From: Candidatus Bathyarchaeia archaeon | GTDB taxonomy: Archaea > Thermoproteota > Bathyarchaeia > Bathyarchaeales > Bathycorpusculaceae | Direction: 5' to 3' | NCBI GenBank assembly: GCA_050010755.1 | Contig: JBEKKK010000001.1 | Coordinates: 288,001-352,000, forward strand | Length of the DNA: 64,000 nt | Shown: positions 1 to 9,133 of the stretch, in pieces | Layout: the number at the start of each line of letters is the position of its first letter | Position numbering within the stretch: position 1 is the first letter of the stretch | The notes under the pieces: model-generated | The model's database searches: none | Seen by the model: only the letters and a program-made list of their open reading frames with translations | What the model was told of the DNA's origin: nothing | Position numbers and translations under genes: made by a program

Positions 1-2
1 AA

Positions 3-1145
3 CCTGCTGTTATAGCTGACATCAAAACGCTACAGTACGAGTGGACCCAACCGCCTCTCGGAAAGTTGATAATCGCCGCCAGCATATCCCTCTTCGGCGA
101 CAACCCCTTTGGCTGGCGAATGTTGGGAGTCCTTTTCGCTGCCTTAATGATACCAATAATTTATTTGCTCGGAAAGAAAATGTTCGGAACATGGATCGGC
201 GCTTTCTTACCAGCTTTTCTTCTCACGTTTGATTTCATGCACTTCACGATGGCAAGAATCGCCACCGTTGACACTTACCTTGTTTTCTTTTCATTGTTGT
301 CGCAACTTTTCTTCTTCATTTACCTAAAGAACGTTCTTAGCCAAGGTTGGAAAACGCCGATTTGGCCCCTCCTCCTGTCAACAATCTTCTTTGCACTCGC
401 ACTCTCAACGAAATGGTACGCATTACCAGGCTTTGTGGGTGATATTACTATACTCCTCTTTCTTGGCCTTCACGGACTGCCTAAATCTAAAGGATTTGTC
501 CAAGGAGTTGGAACCTTTCTCAAACCCCTTCTCTTCCTAGTAATCTTCCTGCTCATGGCAGTTGGAATATACGTACTGACTTACGTTCCCAACATGCTGG
601 CTGGGAGCACATTACTGGACATTTATCATTTACAGTGGTCTATGCTTCATTATCACGAGTTTCTCACGGCCCCGCATCCATTTTCTTCTCCATGGTGGAG
701 TTGGCCATTGATGACGAGACCTGTCTGGCTCTACGTCTCAAACCTGCCGAACGGCATCGTTTCAACGATAGCAGATATGGGAAACCCCGCAATCTGGTGG
801 ATAGGTTTCGCTTCCGTCATCATAGCCGCTTGGGAAGGTTTTCGAACAAAAAGCTATCTTTGCCTTTTCATCGTGACCATATTCCTCTTTCAGTGGGTAC
901 CATACGTCTTAATTTCAAGAGTCCTTTTCCTCTACGCCTTCTACTCTAACGTTCCAATCATGATTTTAGCGACCACCTATTTCATCAACAAGTCTTGGAA
1001 AACGCGTCAAGGAAAAATTCTCGTGCTAACATACCTGATTGTCGTAGCGCTTTTGTTTGCGGTCTTCTACCCTGTCATTTCAGGAGTGCCAGCGCCAGAT
1101 TATTGGAGAGAAGGGCTTAAGTGGCTGAGAAGCTGGGTGTTCTAA
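3..1145 (+). CDS. Dolichyl-phosphate-mannose:protein mannosyltransferase family (GT39/PMT-like) membrane glycosyltransferase, 5'-truncated by the window edge
   Basis: Frame is open from nt 3 (..YEWTQPPLGKLII..). Motifs FGWR, RIATVD, STKW, HPFSSPWWSWP and GNP; many TM segments. Confidence 0.8.
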   Translation, partial: PAVIADIKTLQYEWTQPPLGKLIIAASISLFGDNPFGWRMLGVLFAALMIPIIYLLGKKMFGTWIGAFLPAFLLTFDFMHFTMARIATVDTYLVFFSLLSQLFFFIYLKNVLSQGWKTPIWPLLLSTIFFALALSTKWYALPGFVGDITILLFLGLHGLPKSKGFVQGVGTFLKPLLFLVIFLLMAVGIYVLTYVPNMLAGSTLLDIYHLQWSMLHYHEFLTAPHPFSSPWWSWPLMTRPVWLYVSNLPNGIVSTIADMGNPAIWWIGFASVIIAAWEGFRTKSYLCLFIVTIFLFQWVPYVLISRVLFLYAFYSNVPIMILATTYFINKSWKTRQGKILVLTYLIVVALLFAVFYPVISGVPAPDYWREGLKWLRSWVF

Positions 1146-1147
1146 GG

Positions 1148-1897
1148 ATGAAAACAAAGCTTGAAGACAAGAAGAAGGTTGAGGTCTCATTAGTTTTCCC
1201 AGCTTGCAACGAAAGAGAAAACCTGGAGAATGCAGTCAGAAAAACAACCCAAGCTCTAGGAAAGATTACTAATTCTTATGAAATAATAATTGCCGAGGAT
1301 GGAAGCACCGACGGGACGGACAGAATTGCAGCCACACTTTCAACTGAGTATCCGTCCGTGCAGCACATACACAGAGACAAGCGCCAAGGAAGAGGGCTCG
1401 CGTTGAAAAACGCTTTTGCAGAGTCCAAAGGAAGAATTCTGGTTTACATGGACGTGGACCTCGCTACAGACATTGGACACTTGAGAGCGCTTATAGAAGC
1501 GGTGCAAGGCGATTGTGACTTTGCAACGGGTTCAAGGATGCTGCCAGAGAGCAGAGTCAGCAGAAGCATATCGAGACAAGTTGCCTCAAAGAGTTACAAC
1601 TTCATGGTAAGATCATTCCTGGGCTCAAAGATATCAGATCACCAGTGCGGTTTCAAGGCGGCAAGAAGAGAGGCGCTTTTGGAAACCCTCGACGAAGTGA
1701 AGGCAACACACTGGTTCTGGGATACTGAGCTGCTCGTCAGAGCCTCACGTAAAGGATACAAAATAAAAGAGATCCCCGTAGAATGGACTCACAGGGGCCA
1801 GACGAAAGTGAGATTTATAAAAGACACTATCGAGATGGGCAGTCAAGTTGTCAACCTTTGGCGGCAACTAAGGATCGGCCAAGCTAGAAAAACTTGA
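1148..1897 (+). CDS. GT2 glycosyltransferase, dolichol-phosphate hexosyltransferase (DPM1/AglD-like)
   Basis: PACNE, EDGSTDGT, DVD, DHQCGFKA and WFWDTELL motifs. ATG at 1148 directly follows the PMT stop. Confidence 0.85.
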   Translation: MKTKLEDKKKVEVSLVFPACNERENLENAVRKTTQALGKITNSYEIIIAEDGSTDGTDRIAATLSTEYPSVQHIHRDKRQGRGLALKNAFAESKGRILVYMDVDLATDIGHLRALIEAVQGDCDFATGSRMLPESRVSRSISRQVASKSYNFMVRSFLGSKISDHQCGFKAARREALLETLDEVKATHWFWDTELLVRASRKGYKIKEIPVEWTHRGQTKVRFIKDTIEMGSQVVNLWRQLRIGQARKT

Positions 1898-2018
1898 GAT
1901 AATACATCGCCAAGCGAGCAAGTTGGACTTTTTCTGTTCTTCATGCTTCTTCCAGTTGTTGGGAGCGGCTCAGCCCAGAAGGTTTCAATTGCAGCCCGTG
2001 AAAGCTTGAATGTTTGGG

Positions 2019-3239
2019 CTATTGCCGCGAACAAGTTTCTTTTACCAGTAGACCGCAGATGGCTTCGACGACTGTGAAGGCGGTGCACATAACGATGGCT
2101 GGCATAAAGGATCCTGTTGCTGTGGAGAAATAGCCGGCCAACCAGGGAGCAATCATAGCTCCTACGTATCCTCCAACGAGTGTCAAACCGCCCGCCGTTG
2201 CCGAGTATGACGGTCCCATAAGTTCAACAGGCATCGCAAGTATTATGGGAGCCATGCTTCCGATGAGAAAACCGTAGAAAAGGGCAGATGTCCATAAAGG
2301 TACCCCGAGAGTTGTTCCCGTAAAGTAGAGAGCTACTGCCGCAGCGATGGACGTAGCCCAAATGAAGGGCTTCCTCTTGCCGACGCGATCAGATATCATA
2401 GGTGTGATGAAGCTGCCTGGAATCATGAACAGTATTATCGTAGATGTCAAGAGACCAGCAGTAGTCGAATCCATTCCCTTCTGGGTCAATATAGTTTGAA
2501 GAAATCCGAACAAACCAATTTGAGGTGCGAGAAGAAACAGACAGGTAATCATAACCATCCACATCTGCTTTTTTCTGAGCACAACAGAAAGAGATTTTCT
2601 GAACGGTACCCCCCGCGTTTCAGCAGGGGAACGGCTTTCACCGTTCTTGAGATTTGCGGGTCTTTCCTTTGCCAACAATATCCAAATCAAGGTCATTGCT
2701 AAGGCAAGAATGCCAACAGTTATGAAAACCCCTCGTGGAGACCCCGTTAGAGGAAGCAGGACTATCGGAGTCAAAATGAAGGAAGAGGCCATGCCGACTT
2801 CCATTCCTGTAAACATTATGCCGCTTGCCAACGCGTATTGTTTAGAAGGAAACCACACGCCCGTCACTTTGGGCATGTTCGGGTAGGCAATGGCGTAGCC
2901 TGCTCCGCACAGAAACATCGTTGTCGCTAGTAGGGTGAAATTCGGCGCGAATCCTCTGAGAAGCCCGAAAATGCCCATGAGCAGACCACCAATCAAAACA
3001 GTCTGCTTGACGCCGAATCGGTCTGCAAGCAAGCCTCCGGGAATGCAGAGGATCACAAGTGCTAGTGGAACTAGCGCCACTAGGAACCCAAATTGGGCGT
3101 AGGTCACCCCCAACTTTGTCTCCATTGGCGTTACGGAGAACCATGATAAGCCCATCGAGAACATCATTAACCATGTTACGGCAACCATAACCCAACGGTA
3201 GGGCGAAGCTTCTTCACTCAACCTGCAGCCTTCCTGCAT
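2019..3239 (-). CDS. MFS transporter
   Basis: About 12 TM helices; motif A GLLADRFGVK, and ISDRVGKRK in the second half. Confidence 0.9.
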   Translation of the reverse strand: MQEGCRLSEEASPYRWVMVAVTWLMMFSMGLSWFSVTPMETKLGVTYAQFGFLVALVPLALVILCIPGGLLADRFGVKQTVLIGGLLMGIFGLLRGFAPNFTLLATTMFLCGAGYAIAYPNMPKVTGVWFPSKQYALASGIMFTGMEVGMASSFILTPIVLLPLTGSPRGVFITVGILALAMTLIWILLAKERPANLKNGESRSPAETRGVPFRKSLSVVLRKKQMWMVMITCLFLLAPQIGLFGFLQTILTQKGMDSTTAGLLTSTIILFMIPGSFITPMISDRVGKRKPFIWATSIAAAVALYFTGTTLGVPLWTSALFYGFLIGSMAPIILAMPVELMGPSYSATAGGLTLVGGYVGAMIAPWLAGYFSTATGSFMPAIVMCTAFTVVEAICGLLVKETCSRQ

Positions 3240-3483
3240 GCATCATCATGGTCGTCGCATAATAGTTTTTGCTTTGAAACATTATTTCAACTCATGCCGA
3301 ACGTTAGAGCGGGTACTGCACTGAGCCGTTTTCTTGAAACAAGTTACAACTTGGCAAACTCGAAATTGTCGATAAAGGTTGACTTGGAAGCCGAGATTTG
3401 ATGACCAATCGCAGGCAGCCGATTCCCAATCTTTTATACCTAGGAACCCCAAATGTGGTTTAGAATCCTTGGAGTTCTCGCAC

Positions 3484-4431
3484 ATGGTCAAGTTTGGGAT
3501 ACATTTGCCCCAGATTGGTGTTGATTATCGCACGGTTAAGGACGTGGCCTTGACGTGTGAACGCGTCGGGTTTCACACTGTTTGGGCGACGGATCATCTC
3601 CTGCCGATTGAAGGCTCCGGGCAAGAATCCTATCTGGAGTGTTGGACAACCCTCTCCGCGTTGGCAGAAGCAACAAGTACTGTGAGAATAGGGACTATGG
3701 TGCTTTGCAACCTGTACAGGCACCCACCTATTCTGGCCAAGATGGCGGCAACCCTCGATGTCGTCAGCGGGGGCAGGCTTGATTTCGGTCTCGGAGCGGG
3801 ATGGTTCAAACCAGAAGCCGAAGCTTTCGGCGTGCCGTTTCCAAAAGCTCCTGTCAGGATAGAAATGCTCAATGAAGCCCTGGAAGTGCTTGAGAAGATG
3901 TGGTCAGAAGAAAAACCTGTTTTCAACGGCAAGTATTACAGGATAAACGAGTCATCATGCAACCCGAAGCCCCTCCAGAAACCACATCCCCCAGTGTGGA
4001 TAGGCACTCAGACGGGAGGCAAACTGATGTATAAAACGGTTGCCAAGCATGCCGACGGATGGGCGGTCGGAGCTTGGTATTTGCCGTCAGTCGATGAATA
4101 CAAGCAGATGACGGACCAAGTTAAGCTCTTCTGCTCAGAGGCTGGAAGAGATTTCGAAAGACTGGAGAAAGGGCTAGGAGTTGTGTGTGTTCTGGCTGAG
4201 AACAAGACAATTCTTGAAGAAAAAACCAGGAGGTACAGACCCTCGAGAAGCCCACTTGACGAGTACGGGGCAACGAAAATGCAGATATATGGAACCCCAG
4301 AAGCGTGCGTGGACATTCTGAAAACATACGCCAAAGCAGGCGTGGATCATTTCATGATGGTATTTCCAGACGGAACGGATCTCAAAACGATTCGCCTCTT
4401 CGGCGAGCAGGTTATACCATTCGTTAAGTGA
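3484..4431 (+). CDS. Luciferase-like (LLM) flavin/F420-dependent oxidoreductase
   Basis: WATDH, RIGTMV, LAKMAATLDVVSGGRLDFGLGAGW and PKPLQKPHPPVWIG. ATG at 3484 preferred over the upstream TTG. Confidence 0.85.
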   Translation: MVKFGIHLPQIGVDYRTVKDVALTCERVGFHTVWATDHLLPIEGSGQESYLECWTTLSALAEATSTVRIGTMVLCNLYRHPPILAKMAATLDVVSGGRLDFGLGAGWFKPEAEAFGVPFPKAPVRIEMLNEALEVLEKMWSEEKPVFNGKYYRINESSCNPKPLQKPHPPVWIGTQTGGKLMYKTVAKHADGWAVGAWYLPSVDEYKQMTDQVKLFCSEAGRDFERLEKGLGVVCVLAENKTILEEKTRRYRPSRSPLDEYGATKMQIYGTPEACVDILKTYAKAGVDHFMMVFPDGTDLKTIRLFGEQVIPFVK

Positions 4432-4650
4432 ACCCAGAACTTATTCGCGCGCGACCTTGCACGACACAAACTTGGAAAGGCAAATCGGAATTTCGCGAAA
4501 AGTTAAGAAACCTGTTTCGAGATATGATTGTTCTAGATTGATGCGCTTTGAGCACTCGAAGCGGCAAGAATGAGTGGCACAAGTCGAGAAAAAGAAAAAA
4601 GATGGGAAGGCTCTGTAGCTTCGGAGCTTCCGTTTCGAGCCTTGATTGTT

Positions 4651-5706
4651 CTAAGATTTGCCGAGTTTCTTTGCAAGCTTTGCAAGTTCAGGAATGGTTG
4701 CCTGACCCTTGTCCCACACTTGTTTTCCGTCCAGCCACACGGATGTGTTCATGCAGATTCCATCGCTGTGGGAGGGTGCCGGTATCGGCTTGCCGCCTGT
4801 CAGTATCTGACCAACATACCCAATTCCCCATTCGCTAGCGCCCCAAACTCTCTCGTCCTCCAGGACGTTTCCAGTCAGTTTGGCGCCTGGGTTGCATCCG
4901 TAGCAAACATGTGCCATGCTTCGCATTAGAGGGTGGTTGAAACTCTTGAGCCAAGCATCGAAAACCTCGGCATCTTGGCCGCCTTCAATTTTCTGTATTT
5001 TTCCTGCCTTGACGTGAAGTTTGACAGGTGACTTGCATAAGCCCAGCGGCGGGTTTATTGAACCATCGAAAACAATCGTGCCGTGGATCGACTCGAAAAC
5101 TGGGGACCAGCCTATCTGTCCTCCAAGCATATGGGAGCCGGGTGTGTCTGCATAGCCGGTTTCTATAGTTATTGGTCGTTTGCGTTCGTTGTCGAATTCA
5201 ATATCTGTTCCTGCGGGCGTGGTCATCTTTACGTGCTTAGCTGCTTTAGTCATTTCCGCCAGTTTTTCTTCGTAGGCGGCCAGTGTCTTTACGTCGACTC
5301 TGGCGATAGTTCTGACCATCATGTCCACGTTCATTCCGACATAGCATGCATGCCTGAGTTTTTTGTTTGCTTCCATAGCATTTGCGTACGGTGTCGAATA
5401 GAAAATCCACTCATTGTTGAACTCGCACCAAGCATCTGCACACTTCAGGAGTGCCTCTATCGCCTCTGCCGGCAAATCGGCATCTGCCGCTTTACCTACT
5501 CCACGGGGTGAGGCGTTCCATATCACAAGAGGTTTCGCTCCAATCGTAAAGGCAGCTGCTGCCGTGGCTTCGACCACGCGAGGATCGGATTCGGTGTCTC
5601 CAGAAACGACGAAGGTTTCTCCGGGCTTCAGCTTGAACCATTCTGAAACAAGTCTGTGCGCTGCTTTAGCTAGCTCGTACTCGTAGTATTGAGGCATTTT
5701 TGTCAC
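4651..5706 (-). CDS. Peptidase M29/aminopeptidase T-like protein with atypical metal site
   Basis: TTPAGTD, GTIVFDGS, GCNPGAKLTGNVLEDERVWG and SHSDG fit the M29-like fold. Confidence 0.7.
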   Translation of the reverse strand: MTKMPQYYEYELAKAAHRLVSEWFKLKPGETFVVSGDTESDPRVVEATAAAAFTIGAKPLVIWNASPRGVGKAADADLPAEAIEALLKCADAWCEFNNEWIFYSTPYANAMEANKKLRHACYVGMNVDMMVRTIARVDVKTLAAYEEKLAEMTKAAKHVKMTTPAGTDIEFDNERKRPITIETGYADTPGSHMLGGQIGWSPVFESIHGTIVFDGSINPPLGLCKSPVKLHVKAGKIQKIEGGQDAEVFDAWLKSFNHPLMRSMAHVCYGCNPGAKLTGNVLEDERVWGASEWGIGYVGQILTGGKPIPAPSHSDGICMNTSVWLDGKQVWDKGQATIPELAKLAKKLGKS

Positions 5707-5802
5707 TTCCTGAAAAAAGCTATCTTGGCCGTTCAGCTTATAAAACTTCTCAAAAACCCTTTTAGGCTCGCTGGCGAATCATCTAACAGCTGTCTCTAAA
5801 AA

Positions 5803-6354
5803 GTGAGTGACATGGACGTTTTTGAGGCAATAAAGGGACGCAGGAGCGTCAGAAAATTCAAGCCGAAACAGGTTGAGCGGGAATTAACTGAGAAACTGTT
5901 GACCGCCGCTTGCTGGGCACCTACGGGTGGAAATATTCAACCCTGGCAATTCATAGTGGTAGAGGATCCTACTTTATTGGACATGGTTCGCAAGATTTCC
6001 CCGGGATATTTCGGTGAGACCCCGCTGGCGATCCTTGTCTGTTCAGACAAAACGAAAGCGCACAAAGTCGGAGGCACGATGGGACGCGATTACCTTTCAG
6101 TCGCAGATTGCGCAATGGCCACCGAGAATCTTGCCTTGGCCGCGTATGCGGCGGGATTAGGATCTTGTATCGTGAAATCCTTCTCGCATGCTGCTATAAA
6201 AGAGATACTGGAAATCCCGCAAGGCATCGAACCCGAGCTTCTCATCGTAGTCGGATATCCAGACGTGACCCCTGCCCCCCCGAAGAGAATCCCGCTCAAA
6301 GAAAATACATACCTGAACAAGTTCGGCCAGAGTTTTCCCCACATGGAGGCATAG
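5803..6354 (+). CDS. Nitroreductase family flavoprotein
   Basis: AIKGRRSVRKF, APTGGNIQPWQFIVV, LAAYAAGLGSC and VGYP. Confidence 0.9.
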   Translation: MSDMDVFEAIKGRRSVRKFKPKQVERELTEKLLTAACWAPTGGNIQPWQFIVVEDPTLLDMVRKISPGYFGETPLAILVCSDKTKAHKVGGTMGRDYLSVADCAMATENLALAAYAAGLGSCIVKSFSHAAIKEILEIPQGIEPELLIVVGYPDVTPAPPKRIPLKENTYLNKFGQSFPHMEA

Positions 6355-6357
6355 ATT

Positions 6358-6684
6358 TTGAATCAACCACGAAACACGGGTAACGAATATCTTTTCGAAC
6401 TCGCAATTTTTCTGGTTACGAGTGCACGGAACTGCATCGACGAGCCGCCGCTTTATGGGCCCTTCCGGCTGCTGGACGCACTGAGCAGACTCGCAGACTT
6501 TCCAGAACACGACGAGAGTTTGGATAAGGATCCGTTTCTTAAAGAAGTCAAAGCCTTCGTGGACGAGAAAAAATTCCTCGTAACGACAGACGTGGAGGGA
6601 TTCACGCGGGCTGCAGATGAACTTGTTGAGAGGTTTGCGAAGGAACTTAAAAGAAGGTCTGCAGAGAACAGAAACAAGGAATAG
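6358..6684 (+). CDS. Conserved hypothetical protein (DUF6092-like)
   Basis: TSARNCIDEPPLYGPFRLLDALSRL motif; starts 3 nt after the nitroreductase stop. Confidence 0.6.
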   Translation: MNQPRNTGNEYLFELAIFLVTSARNCIDEPPLYGPFRLLDALSRLADFPEHDESLDKDPFLKEVKAFVDEKKFLVTTDVEGFTRAADELVERFAKELKRRSAENRNKE

Positions 6685-6787
6685 AAAGGTTCATCGCAAG
6701 CGAAAATGGTTGAGAGCTGAGTTTCTTTGAGTTGTATCTTGGAAGAATTCGCGCGGGTCTGAACGTTGATTCTGGAGGTCGGTTTTG

Positions 6788-7804
6788 ATGAAACTATCCA
6801 CTTTTCTTACGGTTGCAGATCTTCACACCGCAGGGGAACCATTCAGAATAGTGACTAGCGGGTTTCCGACCATTCAAGGCGGGACGATTCGAGAAAAGAA
6901 TGTGTTCGTAGAAAGGAACCTTGAACACCTGAGAAGAGTGATCCTCTATGAACCCAGAGGCCGCAGCACGATGTGCGGAGCGTTTCTCGTGGAACCCACC
7001 GTTCCGGAGGCTGATGCCGGGGTCGTATTCATGGAGCCAATAGGTCTCGTTCCCATGTGCGGCCACGGATCAATTGCGATAGCCAAATACTTGGTTGAAA
7101 CTGGAAGAGTAAAGGTAACCGAGCCCGTAACCAAAGTCAAGCTAGACACTCATGCGGGACTGGTGAGCCTATCAGTTAGCGTCAAAGACGGAAAAGTCGG
7201 AGAGATAACACTGAGAAATGTCGAATCTTTTTCTTACCTCCGCGACGCCGTAGTCCGCACTGAAAGATTCGGAAAAACCAAAGTTGACATTGCCTACGGT
7301 GGCAGCCTCTACGCGATAGTCTCTGCCAAAGACGTAGGACTCAAGATTGAACCTGATGAAGCTGCAAAAATGCTAGAGTACAGCGAAATCCTCAGGAAAT
7401 CTATACAAGAACAAATAGAGATGAAACACCCCAAAGACGCCAGCTTGGTGAAAGTCCTGTACATCCAATTCACAGGGCCTCCAACGCATCCGAAAGCAGA
7501 CATGAAGAACGCCGTAGTCGTGGCCCCAACGGGCTTAGATCGCTCCCCCTGCGGCACTGGAACGTCTGCGAGAATGGCAGACCTCTTCGCCAAGGGAAAA
7601 ATGAAAGTTGGAGATGAGTTCGTCCACGAAAGTATTATCGGCACCTTGTTCCGGGGCAAAATTGTTGCTAAAACCAGCGTCGGGGACTACCCAGCGATAA
7701 TCCCAGAAGTCACGGGCGACGCCTACATAACAGGCTTTCAGCAACTCGTAGTCGAGCCAGACGATCCCCTGAAAAAAGGCTTCTTGCTATCAGAAACTAC
7801 GTAG
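6788..7804 (+). CDS. Proline racemase / hydroxyproline 2-epimerase family
   Basis: DLHTAGEPFRI, EPRG, and both catalytic Cys motifs (PMCGH, DRSPCGTGTSA). GGAGGT SD upstream. Confidence 0.9.
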   Translation: MKLSTFLTVADLHTAGEPFRIVTSGFPTIQGGTIREKNVFVERNLEHLRRVILYEPRGRSTMCGAFLVEPTVPEADAGVVFMEPIGLVPMCGHGSIAIAKYLVETGRVKVTEPVTKVKLDTHAGLVSLSVSVKDGKVGEITLRNVESFSYLRDAVVRTERFGKTKVDIAYGGSLYAIVSAKDVGLKIEPDEAAKMLEYSEILRKSIQEQIEMKHPKDASLVKVLYIQFTGPPTHPKADMKNAVVVAPTGLDRSPCGTGTSARMADLFAKGKMKVGDEFVHESIIGTLFRGKIVAKTSVGDYPAIIPEVTGDAYITGFQQLVVEPDDPLKKGFLLSETT

Positions 7805-7894
7805 TTTGGAACATTCTAACAAGAAAGATTGAAACCGACCAAGGTTAAGTAGTGCCTTTGGTAAGATCAATTGTGAGTTCGAGGTTGAGGTAAC

Positions 7895-9133
7895 ACGTTC
7901 CTTACGCGCGAGGAAGAGGCGATGCTTGATGGCGAGTTTGGAGAAGCATGCGAAATCGCTATGTCCGTTTTAGTCAAGCTTGGAGAAATTTATGGCGCCG
8001 ACAGGATGCAGAACGTGGAAAACGTTCACATTGACGGCTCCGCCTACGGCTGGATTAACGACGCAGGTTTGGAAGTGATTCGGAAGTTGGCCAGCTCAGG
8101 GGGACGTTTTCGGGTTCCTGCGACGCTTAACCCGTCTTCCATAGACTTTGACATGTGGCAAGAGCTGAAGATAGCTCCTGAGGTCTCAAAGAAACAGTTG
8201 AGGCTTGCAAAGGCCTTGCTGAGTATGGGAGGAACACCAACATGGACTTGTGCCCCGTATCAATACGGCGCCTATCTTAGGTTTGGCCAGAAAGTAGCGT
8301 GGGGAGAATCAAACGCCGTCAGTTTTGCAAACACAGTTATCGGGGCAAGAACTGAAAGATTGGGAGATCTTGCAGATGTCTGTGCTGCAATTGCTGGAAA
8401 ATACCCAAGATTCGGACTGTATCTAGACGAGAACAGGCGGGGACAAATCCTTTTCGAAGCTAACAGACTCGACTCGGATGCCTTCGACTCTTCAGATTAT
8501 GGCGTCCTAGGTTTCCTGATCGGATCCATGGCCAAGGCAAGAGTGCCGGTGGTTTCAGGAATGCCAGAAAAAGCGACATTTGACCAGCTGAAATCGTTCT
8601 GTGCGGCTGCCGCAGTTGGCGGTTCAGTAGCCCTTTGCCACCTATGCGGAATCACGCCCGAGGCAAAGACAGTGCCAGAGGCTTTTCACGGTTCGAAACC
8701 TGAAGAAGAAATAGACATTGAAGCCGGTGACCTTGAAAAAACAAGACAGAAGCTGAGCACTGTCAACGACGTGCCGCCTGAAGTCATCTGCATCGGATGT
8801 CCGCACTGCTCCGTTCAGGAGCTTGTAAAGATCGCGCGTCTTATTAAGAACAAAAAAGTGGAAGAGAGCGCAAGGTTCCTAGTTTTTTCGAGCAGAGCCG
8901 CAAAAACGTTGGCAGAGGAAATGGGAGCAATTGAGACAATCGAGTCGGCGGGTGGCAGAGTGATTGCTGACACGTGCTGGAACTTCATCCCCTCCAAAGC
9001 TAGAACCGTGATGACTGATTCTGTGAAAATGGCCTGGACATCTCTGGGCAAGTTCACAAACGTCACATTGGGCAATATGGAAACGTGCGTCGACGTTGCG
9101 GTTGGAGCAAAGCCCAGAGGAGGACCTCCGTGA
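7895..9133 (+). CDS. Aconitase X large (catalytic, DUF521) subunit; putative cis-3-hydroxyproline dehydratase
   Basis: TCAPY, WGESNA, GCPH and DTC motifs. The family N-terminus xFLTREEEAML begins at an ACG codon (7895); the first ATG is at 7922. Confidence 0.85.
   Translation, partial: TFLTREEEAMLDGEFGEACEIAMSVLVKLGEIYGADRMQNVENVHIDGSAYGWINDAGLEVIRKLASSGGRFRVPATLNPSSIDFDMWQELKIAPEVSKKQLRLAKALLSMGGTPTWTCAPYQYGAYLRFGQKVAWGESNAVSFANTVIGARTERLGDLADVCAAIAGKYPRFGLYLDENRRGQILFEANRLDSDAFDSSDYGVLGFLIGSMAKARVPVVSGMPEKATFDQLKSFCAAAAVGGSVALCHLCGITPEAKTVPEAFHGSKPEEEIDIEAGDLEKTRQKLSTVNDVPPEVICIGCPHCSVQELVKIARLIKNKKVEESARFLVFSSRAAKTLAEEMGAIETIESAGGRVIADTCWNFIPSKARTVMTDSVKMAWTSLGKFTNVTLGNMETCVDVAVGAKPRGGPP

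Noticed and set aside
7871-7900. Possible second BHB intron explaining the missing AcnX start codon
   Set aside because: Only a weak TGTG/CACG helix is present, with no supporting intron stem or correct bulges.
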